Shown piece by piece: positions 36,249 to 44,663 of a DNA stretch of 57,846 nt. The position numbers and the translations under genes were made by a program. This DNA is from a virus. Its lineage: Duplodnaviria; Caudoviricetes. Under the pieces are notes generated by a model. It did no database searches, was not told where the DNA came from, and was given only the letters and a program-made list of their open reading frames with translations. Every line of letters begins with the position of its first letter. Position 1 is the first letter of the stretch. Location: IMG/VR virus record IMGVR_UViG_3300043394_000186, positions 1-57,846 of that record. One strand, 5' to 3'.

Positions 36249-36948
36249 CCTGATCAGCGCCAGCGGTGACATCAAGGGGCAGATTGCCCTTGGCACGAGC
36301 TACAGCACGGCGCTGGCCAGCGCGGCATCGAGCGGCACAATCGTTGACCCAACGGCATGGCGCAGCGCTCAGATCACCGACGCCCAGCGCACTAGCTACA
36401 ACATGGCCTCCGCTGTGTTTGGCACCACCAACTTCAACGGCTCCCGCCAGTTCTTAGAGCAGCAGGCTGCATCAAACATCGCTTCGATGCAGACCTCGAT
36501 CTCGGCACTGGCCACCGCAACGGTCGACCTGCAGAAGGTTGTCACCGTCAATCAGATGGTGTCGGCCATCACCGACGTCCCAACCGCTCGAACCACGCAG
36601 ACGGCCATCTTGAATGCCGGCCTTGGTGGCGGCATCACTGAGCAGCAGGTGGCGGCATACAACACCAGCTTGGCCAACGTGAACAGCTACGCCTCGCAAG
36701 CTGCCTTGTTCATGCGCGCCGCGCAGAATCAGACACTCACCAGCAACGTGGACCACTTCGTCAACACGTACGCCAAGGACCTGAACTACGTGACGGCCAC
36801 CGCTGCGTATGAGAACACGGCCATCACGCTGGCTTGGGCTGACGGCCTGCAGATCACTCAGCAGGGCATGCTCAACAACTTCCAGAAGAGCAACAGCGAC
36901 TTCTACGTCAGTGTCGTCAACCCATTCGGCGCTACTAGCGGCAACTGA
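36115..36948 (+). CDS. Secreted or periplasmic protein
   Basis: Signal peptide ending ASA; overlaps the previous gene by 134 nt. Confidence 0.7.
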   Translation: MKHNHLNPFHRVWLLLAATLALCLIASGQASAQTLMPNQRQVVNNLISASGDIKGQIALGTSYSTALASAASSGTIVDPTAWRSAQITDAQRTSYNMASAVFGTTNFNGSRQFLEQQAASNIASMQTSISALATATVDLQKVVTVNQMVSAITDVPTARTTQTAILNAGLGGGITEQQVAAYNTSLANVNSYASQAALFMRAAQNQTLTSNVDHFVNTYAKDLNYVTATAAYENTAITLAWADGLQITQQGMLNNFQKSNSDFYVSVVNPFGATSGN

Positions 36949-37496
36949 TGTCAGACGAGAACAAGCCCGGCAAAGCGTCGCTTGAGACCACCGAACTCAA
37001 AGTCGGTGGTGTCACGCTCAAGGGTTCCTACATCGTGTGGGCGCTGGCACTCGCTGGCTCCATCGCAGGCTCGATCATGCTGGTCGGCGGTGAGTGGGAG
37101 AAGTACCAGCGCGTCAAGGGCTTTGTGTCTGAGTTCAAAGCTCCCAACCTTGAGCCAATGATTGAGTTTGCCGAGAAGGTCAAGCAACTCGAGGACAGCG
37201 CGGTCAACTTGTCTCAGGCCATCGCGGCCAACGAGCAGGTCGGAAACAGGCTGATCTCTGATGTTCAATCCATCACAAAGCTGATGGAAGCCAACGACGT
37301 GTCGAAGCTGCAAGGGGCAATCGCGCAGCTCAAGACGACAGTCGACGGCGTGCAGGTCTTTACTCGAGACGTGCAGGCCTTGCGCGAAGCCATGGTCGGT
37401 GTCCAGAAGGACATGGTCGTGTTGAAGAAAGATGTGGACAGCCAGTGGTCGGCGATTGACTCGATCGGCGCTGGTTCGTTGAAAGGCGGCAAATGA
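36948..37496 (+). CDS. Membrane-anchored coiled-coil protein
   Basis: N-proximal TM followed by heptad-rich helix. Confidence 0.75.
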   Translation: MSDENKPGKASLETTELKVGGVTLKGSYIVWALALAGSIAGSIMLVGGEWEKYQRVKGFVSEFKAPNLEPMIEFAEKVKQLEDSAVNLSQAIAANEQVGNRLISDVQSITKLMEANDVSKLQGAIAQLKTTVDGVQVFTRDVQALREAMVGVQKDMVVLKKDVDSQWSAIDSIGAGSLKGGK

Positions 37497-37729
37497 GATA
37501 CCTGATGTTGGGCCTCGCGCTCATTGCAACGGCGCTACTGCTCGAGGGGTGTGAGGACCAATACCGCTACCCGTGCCAGAACCCGGAGAACTTCTCGAAG
37601 CCGGAGTGCCAGAAGCCGAAGTGCCAGTTCACGCAGCAATGCCCCGAATACCTTGTAGCCCCAATCTTGGAGAAACAGATCAATGCTCAACCTGCTCAAC
37701 CCACCCCCGAAGCAGCACCTAACCGCTGA
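37493..37729 (+). CDS. Cys-rich lipoprotein
   Basis: Lipobox-like LEGC; YRYPCQNP...C...C...CPEYL. Confidence 0.75.
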   Translation: MRYLMLGLALIATALLLEGCEDQYRYPCQNPENFSKPECQKPKCQFTQQCPEYLVAPILEKQINAQPAQPTPEAAPNR

Positions 37730-38183
37730 CGACATCCAGGTCCGCATCTGGGGCTTCGTAGTCATTGTCGTGACGCTGATTCTTGCGTTCATCGTTGCGT
37801 CGATCCTGTACTCGGTGACCTTCGTCACCCAGCCGATCAAGTCGATGGCTCCGATTGATCAGGCCTACACGAAGATGCTCAACGACATCGTGTTGCTGAT
37901 CGTTGGCGGCATCGGTGGCGTCATGTCCAAACGCGCCACGGCTGCTGTGGACAAAGCCATCACGCCCGAGCCGCCCAAGCCCGCAGCGCCCGCACCGGGG
38001 GTCGAGCCCCCAAAGCCACCGGCCCATCCAGTAGTACCTGACTGGAACTGGATGGGCTTTCAGAACGCCCAGCTCGACGAGAACTGGGTGCCGCCACCAC
38101 CACCTACCACTGCACCTGACTACATCGACCCTGCGCACGAGGAGATCGGTCTTGAGCGAGCCGCAGCAAGGAGCGACCAATGA
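37683..38183 (+). CDS. Two-TM membrane protein (holin candidate)
   Basis: Two hydrophobic segments, Pro-rich tail. Confidence 0.65.
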   Translation: MLNLLNPPPKQHLTADDIQVRIWGFVVIVVTLILAFIVASILYSVTFVTQPIKSMAPIDQAYTKMLNDIVLLIVGGIGGVMSKRATAAVDKAITPEPPKPAAPAPGVEPPKPPAHPVVPDWNWMGFQNAQLDENWVPPPPPTTAPDYIDPAHEEIGLERAAARSDQ

Positions 38184-38653
38184 TTGGCCTCCAACGCTTG
38201 GGTATCGCGGTGCTGATCACGCTGCTGGTGATCTTTGGCATCTACCGATTTGGCTACAGCAAGGGCTGGAGCAAGCGAGATGGCGAGATGCAGGCGGCCA
38301 TCGCGCAAGCCAACGAGCAGTCGCGGCAGACCGAGCAGCGGCTCACGGAACAGATCAACGCCAACGCAAACCAACTTCAGGAGGCCAACCATGCGCTCAA
38401 TGAAAAATCTTCTGCTCTTGACCGCGCTATCCGTGCTGGCAGGGTGCGTCTCCCAGCCTCAAGTTGCGTACCAGCCACCGCAGGTCCCGCCGCTCCCGCC
38501 GGAGATCGGAACGAAGAGGTCAGCGAATCTGACCGACAGACTCTCGCAGCTATTGCTGCCATCGTCGCCGAAGGAGACAGGGCCATCAACCAGCTCAACT
38601 CCTGCATCGACGCCTACAACCAAGTGAGGGGGCAGATCAATGGTCAGCACTGA
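38180..38653 (+). CDS. Rz: Rz-like i-spanin
   Basis: N-terminal TM, coiled coil, IRAGRVRL, EGDRAINQLNSCIDAY. Confidence 0.8.
   Translation: MIGLQRLGIAVLITLLVIFGIYRFGYSKGWSKRDGEMQAAIAQANEQSRQTEQRLTEQINANANQLQEANHALNEKSSALDRAIRAGRVRLPASSCVPATAGPAAPAGDRNEEVSESDRQTLAAIAAIVAEGDRAINQLNSCIDAYNQVRGQINGQH
38400..38627 (+). CDS. Rz1: Rz1-like o-spanin embedded in Rz (+1 frame)
   Basis: MKNLLLLTALSVLAGC lipobox, Pro-rich mature part. Confidence 0.8.
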   Translation: MKNLLLLTALSVLAGCVSQPQVAYQPPQVPPLPPEIGTKRSANLTDRLSQLLLPSSPKETGPSTSSTPASTPTTK

Positions 38654-39248
38654 TCAACTCAAGCGCCTTCACATCAACCCAGAGCTGGCCGATGTGTTCA
38701 ATGAGACCTTCGAGCGCTGGGGCATCACCACCGCCCGGCAGCAGGCTGGCTTCATCGGGCAGTGTGGCCATGAGTGCGGCAACTTCACCAAGCTCGAGGA
38801 GGGGCTGAGCTACAGCGCTGAGCGTCTGATGAAGATCTGGCCCAAGCGGTTCCCGACCATGGAGATTGCCCAGCGCTACGCCCGCAATCCCAAGGGCTTG
38901 GCCAACAACGTCTACGCCAACCGCATGGGCAACCGCGATGAGGCGTCTGGCGACGGCTGGCGCTTCCGTGGCTCCGGCTGGCTTCAGCTCACCGGGCATG
39001 CAAACTTCTTCCACGCAGGCAAGGCGATCGGCGTGGACTTCGTCAAGGAGCCCGATCTTGTGCGCACGCCAAAGTACGCGGCGCTGACGGCCGGCTGGTT
39101 CTGGGCGACTCACAACTGCAACGCGCTGGCCGAGGCCGGAGACTGGACGGCGCTCACCCGAAAGATCAACGGTGGGACCGTGGGTCTCGAGGACCGCGTC
39201 AAGCATATTCGTCAGGCGCTGAACGTCCTGAACGAGGGGCTGGCGTGA
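38640..39248 (+). CDS. Endolysin, glycoside hydrolase family 19
   Basis: FIGQCGHECG, YANRMGN, DGWRFRGSGWLQLTG, AGWFW, TRKINGG..GLEDR. Confidence 0.93.
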   Translation: MVSTDQLKRLHINPELADVFNETFERWGITTARQQAGFIGQCGHECGNFTKLEEGLSYSAERLMKIWPKRFPTMEIAQRYARNPKGLANNVYANRMGNRDEASGDGWRFRGSGWLQLTGHANFFHAGKAIGVDFVKEPDLVRTPKYAALTAGWFWATHNCNALAEAGDWTALTRKINGGTVGLEDRVKHIRQALNVLNEGLA

Positions 39249-39269
39249 AGTATCACAATGCTTTAGAAT
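39241..39269 (+). promoter_or_regulatory. Late promoter upstream of the ejection genes
   Basis: TGGCGT-17-TAGAAT; GTATCACAATG at 39250-39260. Confidence 0.7.
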
Positions 39270-39306
39270 TCCTGCCGGGTTGGTCCGTCTGGACCGTACC
39301 CGGTTT

Positions 39307-39335
39307 CGCCCCGCTCCGACGGGGCGTTTTCGTTT
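39307..39335 (+). terminator. Leader terminator before the ejection genes
   Basis: CGCCCCG-6-CGGGGCG-TTTTCGTTT. Confidence 0.8.
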
Positions 39336-39347
39336 GAAAGTCCAGAC

Positions 39348-42300
39348 ATGGCCACATTGACTCAAGACAACCCTTTCGACACCCAGCCAGCAAAGCCTGC
39401 CAACGGCGGCATTGTGGGCGGCGCTATGCGCCAGCCGAGCGCAGGTGACGAAGGCGGCATGCGCCAGCAGCCAACGACTCAGGGCCAACTGCCCGGCAAC
39501 GTCGGCACATCGGCACCTACCACCCCCAACGTGGCGACCTACGCCCCGACAACCCGCCAGATCAACCAGCAGACCGACACGGTTCAGGGTCAGGTCAACA
39601 GCATCCTGTCCAAGGACAGCCCGCTGATGGCCCGTGCCCGCACGCTGGCGACCCAGCAGATGGCTCAGCGCGGGCTAGTTAACAGCTCGATGGCGGCCGG
39701 CGCGGGTGTGGCGGCCATGATCGACCGGGCGACCCCGATCGCTCAGCAAGATGCCAACGCCTTCAATGCGGCCAAGCAGGATAACCAAAGCGCGCTCAAC
39801 ACGTCTGGCCAGTTCAACGCGGCCGAGATCAACAAGTTTGGCCTGCAGACAAGCGAGCAAGGGTTCGAGGCCTCCCAGTTGGCCAAGCAGCAGGAGTTTG
39901 CAACCTCCGAGCGAGTGGGCTCTCAGTCCTTCGCCTCCAGTATGGAGAACGCCAAGCAGAACTTCACTGCGGCTCAGGCTCAGCTCGATCGAGCCCAGCA
40001 GACAGTGTTGGCCGACAAGAGCGTCGAGGCCCAGCAGGCCCTGCAGGTGGCTCAGCAGAACTTCCAAGCCGCGCAGTCGGCTATGGACCGCCTGCAGCAG
40101 ACTGCCTTGCAGACCGGCCAGCAGGCCTTCCAAGCGAGCCAGTCGAGCTTGGACCGCGCCCAGCAGGCGTCCTTGCAGCAGGCTCAGCAAACCTTCCAAG
40201 GCACCCAAGCCGAGCTGGAGCGGGCTGCTCAGATCATGCTGGCGGACAAGAACATCTCGGCAACGAGCGCTCTTGAGACCGCACGCCAGCAGTTCCAAGC
40301 CGGCCAGTCCTCTTTGGACCGCAGCCAGCAAACCAGCCTGCAGGCAGCGCAGCAGAGCTTCACGGCCGCTCAGGCCGAGCTGCAGCGCGCGCAGGAAGTG
40401 GCTCTTGCAGACAAGAGTGTCTCCGCACAGCAGGCGCTGCAGGCTGCACAGCAGAATTTCCAAGGGGCTCAAGCCTCATTGGACCGAGCCCAGCAAAGCG
40501 CCCTCCAGACTGGCCAGCAAACCTTCCAAGCAGGACAGTCTGCGCTCGATCGCGGTCAACAGCTCACGGTGCTTCAGGCCCAGCAAGGGTTCCAGTCGGC
40601 ACAGTCCGAACTCGACCGCGCGATGCAGAAGTACCAGACGGACAAGAGCATCGAGTCGCAGCAAGCATTGCAGGTGGCGCAGCAGAATTTCGCGTCTGCT
40701 CAAGCCGCGCTGGATCGCACCCAGCAGACGGGGATTGTCAATCGCCAGATTGAGGGTCAGCAGCAGTTGCAGACGGCTCAGCAGAACTTCTCGGCTGCCC
40801 AGTCGGAACTGCAGCGCGCTCAAGAAGTTGCTTTGGCCGACAAGAGTGTGGCCGCTCAACAAGCACTGCAGACCGCGCAGCAAAACTTCCAAGGTGCGCA
40901 GTCCGCACTCGATCGCGCCCAGCAAACCAACCTGCAGCAAAGCCAGCAGCAGTTTCAAGGTGCTCAGGCTCAACTCGATCGCACGCAGCAGACTTCTCTG
41001 CAGCAGGCCCAACAGACGTTCCAAGGCTCGCAGGCCGAACTCGAGCGTGCGGCCCAGATCATGTTGGCCGATAAGAACATCTCGGCCCAGCAGGCACTGC
41101 AGAAAGCCCAGCAGGAGTTTCAGGGTACGCAGGCTGGCCTCGATCGTACCCAGCAGGCAGCCCTTCAGCAGGCTCAGCAATCGTTCCAAGGGTCTCAGGC
41201 TGAATTGGATCGCGCCGCGCAGATCATGCTGGCCGACAAGAGCATCACTGCTCAGCAAGCACTTCAGCAGGCGCAGCAGGAGTTCCAAGGTTCGCAAGCC
41301 ACACTTGATCGCGCACAGCAACTGAATGTGCTGACCAAGCAGCAGGGTTTCCAAGCAGATCAGGCGACGATTGACCGCGCTCAGCAACTGCTCATCGCGG
41401 ACAAGAACATCACAGCGCAGCAGGCACTGCAACAGGCGCAGCAAGAGTTCCAAGGCCAGCAAGCTGGATTGGACCGCTCGCAGCAGACAAGCCTGCAGAC
41501 CGCTCAACAAAACTTCCAGTCTGCTCAGGCTGAGTTGGAGCGTGCCCAGCAGAAGGCAATGCAGAGCAACTCGATCCAAGCTCAGATTGATTTGCAGACG
41601 GCGCAACAGAACTTCCAAGGCGCGCAGTCTGATCTCGACCGAGCACAGCAAGTCAACCTGCAGGGAAACCAGCAGACATTCCAAGCGGGGCAAGCCGCCT
41701 TGGATCGCGCACAGCAGACCAGCCTGCAGTCTGTCCAGCAGAACTTCCAGTCTGCGCAAGCAGAACTCGAGCGCGCTCAGCAAACCGCTCTGGCCGACAA
41801 GTCAATCACTGCACAGCAGGCGCTTCAGACTGCTCAGCAGAACTTCGCTTCTGCCCAATCGGATCTCGATCGCCGACAGCAGACTGCGATTCAACTCAGT
41901 CAGCAGGAGTTCACTGCTGCTCAACAGACGATTCAGAACGACTTCGGCTTGCGCGTGCAGCAGTTGCAGGAGTCTGGTCAGAACGAACGTCAGGCCAGCG
42001 AGATCGCATCCCGCGAGGCCATGCAGAAGCTCGAGCAAGCCGGCATTGATAACCGCTTTGACCAAGAGCTGGCGCTCAAAGCCGGCCAGTTCAACGTCGA
42101 GCAGTACAACGCAGAGCGTCGTCTCCTGATTCAGAATCAATCCGAGATGGATCGTCTCGGGGTGCAGATCGAAGCCAATAAGGCAAACATCCCGACTGCA
42201 TTCGCGGCGAACATGAGCACCACCGTGATGAACGGTGTCAACGCGATCATGGCTCAGCCGATGGATGCAAACGGCAGGCCATCTTCCGGCGAGCGCGAGG

Positions 42301-42779
42301 CGCAGGTGCAGTCTCTGGTCAACTACGCCAACTCGCAGTTGAGCTGGGCCGCGAAGTTCTACGGAGTCGCGCTTCCATCAATCAGCACTCCAAGCACTTC
42401 AGGGTCGGCGACTTGGTACAACCCTGCCGCGCAGAACCCCGCGACAGCGCAAGTGGTGACTAAGCCGGTCGGATTGATCGACTCCTCGATGGGTGGGGTT
42501 GCCACCACGGGCAAGCCCGTGGCCACTCAGGACCAGATCAACGCGCGCTATCCGGCCGGATACAACGGACAAGGAGGGTCTCCTGAGTATCAGGCTGCCA
42601 TGAAGGCCGCCATTGAGGCGAACAACGGCAACTTGGTCCTGAGCAATGAGCAAGCGATAGCGGCGGCCGAGAAGTTCAATTCCAAGTACGGAACGAACTA
42701 CACGGCCAAGGATTTCAAGATTGACCTTGCCTCGTTGGGCGCAAATCCAATGCAAATCAGTGACCTGTTCTGGTCATAA
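39348..42779 (+). CDS. Gln-rich hendecad-repeat protein, putative DNA-ejection protein
   Basis: AQRGLVNSSMAAGA N-terminal motif; long QQxF..LDRAQQ repeat; first gene of the ejection cluster. Confidence 0.8.
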   Translation: MATLTQDNPFDTQPAKPANGGIVGGAMRQPSAGDEGGMRQQPTTQGQLPGNVGTSAPTTPNVATYAPTTRQINQQTDTVQGQVNSILSKDSPLMARARTLATQQMAQRGLVNSSMAAGAGVAAMIDRATPIAQQDANAFNAAKQDNQSALNTSGQFNAAEINKFGLQTSEQGFEASQLAKQQEFATSERVGSQSFASSMENAKQNFTAAQAQLDRAQQTVLADKSVEAQQALQVAQQNFQAAQSAMDRLQQTALQTGQQAFQASQSSLDRAQQASLQQAQQTFQGTQAELERAAQIMLADKNISATSALETARQQFQAGQSSLDRSQQTSLQAAQQSFTAAQAELQRAQEVALADKSVSAQQALQAAQQNFQGAQASLDRAQQSALQTGQQTFQAGQSALDRGQQLTVLQAQQGFQSAQSELDRAMQKYQTDKSIESQQALQVAQQNFASAQAALDRTQQTGIVNRQIEGQQQLQTAQQNFSAAQSELQRAQEVALADKSVAAQQALQTAQQNFQGAQSALDRAQQTNLQQSQQQFQGAQAQLDRTQQTSLQQAQQTFQGSQAELERAAQIMLADKNISAQQALQKAQQEFQGTQAGLDRTQQAALQQAQQSFQGSQAELDRAAQIMLADKSITAQQALQQAQQEFQGSQATLDRAQQLNVLTKQQGFQADQATIDRAQQLLIADKNITAQQALQQAQQEFQGQQAGLDRSQQTSLQTAQQNFQSAQAELERAQQKAMQSNSIQAQIDLQTAQQNFQGAQSDLDRAQQVNLQGNQQTFQAGQAALDRAQQTSLQSVQQNFQSAQAELERAQQTALADKSITAQQALQTAQQNFASAQSDLDRRQQTAIQLSQQEFTAAQQTIQNDFGLRVQQLQESGQNERQASEIASREAMQKLEQAGIDNRFDQELALKAGQFNVEQYNAERRLLIQNQSEMDRLGVQIEANKANIPTAFAANMSTTVMNGVNAIMAQPMDANGRPSSGEREAQVQSLVNYANSQLSWAAKFYGVALPSISTPSTSGSATWYNPAAQNPATAQVVTKPVGLIDSSMGGVATTGKPVATQDQINARYPAGYNGQGGSPEYQAAMKAAIEANNGNLVLSNEQAIAAAEKFNSKYGTNYTAKDFKIDLASLGANPMQISDLFWS
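39864..41945 (+). repeat. Degenerate 33-bp-period coding repeat (11/22/33-aa units)
   Basis: Marker Phe residues spaced by multiples of 11; 24 (L/M/I)(D/E/Q)R units. Confidence 0.9.
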
Positions 42780-42784
42780 GTTGC

Positions 42785-43231
42785 ATGATCATCCGCAAAG
42801 CCACCATGCAAGACGTTCAAGCCATTGTCGACATCGCGGTCGAGTCGGTGTCGAGAGACCCGCTGCCGGTCAAGATCGACCGCGAGGCGATGGCCGACAC
42901 GGCGAGAACTTGCTTAAACCCCGCGCACTTCATGTGGGTTGCTGAGCAAGATGGCGAAGTTGTTGCTGCCTTTGCGGCGTGCGTTCAGCCCGCCTTCTGG
43001 TTCACTAAGTTGCAGTGCTCTGTGCTGCTGTACTACACACGCGTAGCTGGAGCAGGTCTGCCGCTCATTCGTGAGTTCTCCAGATGGGTGAAGTCTCGCC
43101 CGGCCATTAAGTTGGCTGTCGTTGAACTTGAGCCGGGGGTCGACCCACGGCTTGTTCATTATTTCAAACGGGTTGGGTTCGCTCGCGAGTCCTTGAACCT
43201 GACTTATGTTCGAGAGGTGTCTCATGTCTAA
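42785..43231 (+). CDS. GNAT-like acetyltransferase
   Basis: MIIRKATMQDV, WVAEQDGEVV, YFKRVGF. Confidence 0.7.
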   Translation: MIIRKATMQDVQAIVDIAVESVSRDPLPVKIDREAMADTARTCLNPAHFMWVAEQDGEVVAAFAACVQPAFWFTKLQCSVLLYYTRVAGAGLPLIREFSRWVKSRPAIKLAVVELEPGVDPRLVHYFKRVGFARESLNLTYVREVSHV

Positions 43232-44117
43232 GGTTGTAAAAAAAGTAGGCCGCGCAATCGGTAAGGTTGTCGAAGGTGTGAAGAAGGTCGTGTCCAAGAC
43301 CTTTGCCGAGGTCAAGCGTTTTGCCAAGTCCGATATTGGCAAAGCGTTGATCATTGCGGCCACAGTCTACTTCGGAGGTGCCGCGCTATCGGGGGCCATG
43401 TCGAGTACGGCGGGCAGTAGCGCGCTGACTGGAATCTCCAATGCGTGGACCAGCCTATCGACCGCCGGAAGTCAGGCGCTTGCCGGCAACTTTGCGAACG
43501 CAGCCAGCGCGCTTGGCACCGGCATTCAAGGCGGCGCTGCGGTTGCGGGTGAAGCCGGCTTGATGACCTCTGGCGTTGGCGGCACGGCCGCGTCTTTCGC
43601 GCCAGTTGAGTCTCTTGCGCCGACCTCCGTGGGCACAACGTCGGGCGCATCGAGCGCTGCACTGTCGCCCGCTGCGCCAGAAGCCGCACTGAACGCTGGA
43701 GCGCCTAACCTCACCAAGCCGGCCGCCGATGCCGCATCCAAAGGATTCTTCTCAAGCGACGTTGCCAAGTACGGTGCGATCACAGCCGGCACTCAACTGG
43801 CCGGGGGCCTGATTCAAGGCGCTGGTCAGCAGAAGGCCTTGGAAGACCAGCGTCGCTACGAGCAGCAACTGTTCGAGCAGCAGAACCAGCGATACGCAAA
43901 CAGCGTGTCTGACTTTGGACAGCGAGCAAGTGCCGACGCTGCAATCATGGCCAGCCGTGGGCAGAACATTTCTCCTGCAGCACCTGCAGCACAGGCCGCA
44001 AATCGCTATCAGCCTGCAGTCCCTCCCGTCTTCGCCGGCGGCCCAGCTCAGATTGGCATGATCAATCGTGCCGCGACTGGAGCCCCAATCTACAACCCTT
44101 ACTACCCGCGCGGCTGA
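43224..44117 (+). CDS. Putative ejection (DNA transfer) protein
   Basis: GAGG RBS; basic amphipathic N-terminus, Gly/Ala-rich hydrophobic segments. Confidence 0.65.
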   Translation: MSKVVKKVGRAIGKVVEGVKKVVSKTFAEVKRFAKSDIGKALIIAATVYFGGAALSGAMSSTAGSSALTGISNAWTSLSTAGSQALAGNFANAASALGTGIQGGAAVAGEAGLMTSGVGGTAASFAPVESLAPTSVGTTSGASSAALSPAAPEAALNAGAPNLTKPAADAASKGFFSSDVAKYGAITAGTQLAGGLIQGAGQQKALEDQRRYEQQLFEQQNQRYANSVSDFGQRASADAAIMASRGQNISPAAPAAQAANRYQPAVPPVFAGGPAQIGMINRAATGAPIYNPYYPRG

Positions 44118-44129
44118 TAGGAGCACATC

Positions 44130-44663
44130 ATGGCTGGATTGATTCAACAACAAATGGGCGCTCCTGCGCCAGAGCCACAAGAGCCACAAGAGCCAGCGCC
44201 AGAGAGCATGGCGATGGAAGGCGAGGAAGCCGCAGAAGGTGGTGATGCAGGAGAAGGCAACCCTGTATTTCAGGAGGCCTTGACTCTTGCGTATCAAGCG
44301 CTCTACGAGAGCGAGGCCGCAAAGGATGTTGCAAAGCAATTGAAGTCTGCGCCCAGCATCGCCGCTGGCATGGCCGACATTGCCTACAACATCACATCTG
44401 TCATCGACGAGCGCACGAGCGGCAAGGTTCCAGACGAGCTGCTGGTTCCTCTGGCGATGAATGTTCTGGAAGAGGTTGGCGAGATTGCCGATGCTGCTGG
44501 CCTCGAGCCGCAGCCAGAGGACATCGCTGACGCGCTGAAGACAATGATCCTGCGCTTTCTCGGTGAGCAGGGTGTCGACACTACGCAGCTTCAGCAGGCA
44601 ATGGATCAAGTCGATCCGTCTGTCTTCCGCAAGGCTGCAGAAGGAGAAAAGGTGCCAGCATGA
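44130..44663 (+). CDS. Acidic hypothetical protein
   Basis: AGGAG RBS. Confidence 0.8.
   Translation: MAGLIQQQMGAPAPEPQEPQEPAPESMAMEGEEAAEGGDAGEGNPVFQEALTLAYQALYESEAAKDVAKQLKSAPSIAAGMADIAYNITSVIDERTSGKVPDELLVPLAMNVLEEVGEIADAAGLEPQPEDIADALKTMILRFLGEQGVDTTQLQQAMDQVDPSVFRKAAEGEKVPA

Noticed and set aside
39751-41325. 524-aa alternative-frame ORF within the Q-rich gene
   Set aside because: S/R/P-rich by-product of the CAG/GCx repeats; codon bias favours the main frame, unlike the two nested genes reported.
39864-41945. Possible CRISPR array or non-coding tandem repeat
   Set aside because: The repeats are degenerate at synonymous positions, lie in one open frame and have no unique spacers; this is a protein repeat.
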